Of a stretch of DNA of 27,136 bases, positions 27,136-27,136 are shown one piece after another. The translations under genes were made by a program, and so were the position numbers. Position 1 is the stretch's first letter. Each line of letters begins with the position of its first letter. Origin of the DNA: a bacterium (GTDB lineage: Bacteria > Hydrothermota > 32-111); the NCBI GenBank assembly GCA_046484245.1, contig JAWOBN010000049.1, forward strand, positions 1 through 27,136, given 5' to 3'. Below the pieces are notes generated by a model. That model saw nothing but the letters and a program-made list of their open reading frames with translations, made no database searches and had not been told where the DNA came from.

Positions 27136-27136
27136 T

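Noticed and set aside
1..27136. CRISPR arrays, tRNA/rRNA genes, TnpB/IscB-type RNA-guided cargo beside the Y1 transposase
   Set aside because: No repeat-spacer array or RNA gene was recognised by eye, and the TIR element has no room for a second gene.

Overview
Bacterial chromosomal window, probably from a diderm related to the FCB group or a candidate phylum. This is inferred from the Gram-negative-type DnaK insert, a T9SS-like C-terminal sorting tail and a Bacteroidetes-style AddAB. Positions 1-16.6 kb are a dense + strand run: hutU (partial), hutI, a tandemly duplicated [TPR protein + ExeA-like AAA ATPase] module resembling the SgmX polarity locus, a PHP phosphoesterase, apgM, era, a lipoprotein cyclophilin, an orphan MCP, a cupin, and grpE-dnaK-dnaJ-rsmE-HIT. 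Next is a ~940-bp element: an HUH/Y1 (RAYT-like) tyrosine transposase with a C-terminal HTH, enclosed by 37-bp terminal inverted repeats and apparently expressed as a leaderless mRNA. After it come a large secreted KP-43-like S8 protease behind a strong sigma54-type promoter and an intact IS256-family element with no target duplication. That IS abuts decayed minus-strand gene remnants and small repeat relics. The window ends with addB and partial addA on the minus strand. The most notable items are the TIR-bounded Y1 transposase element and the duplicated TPR/ExeA module.
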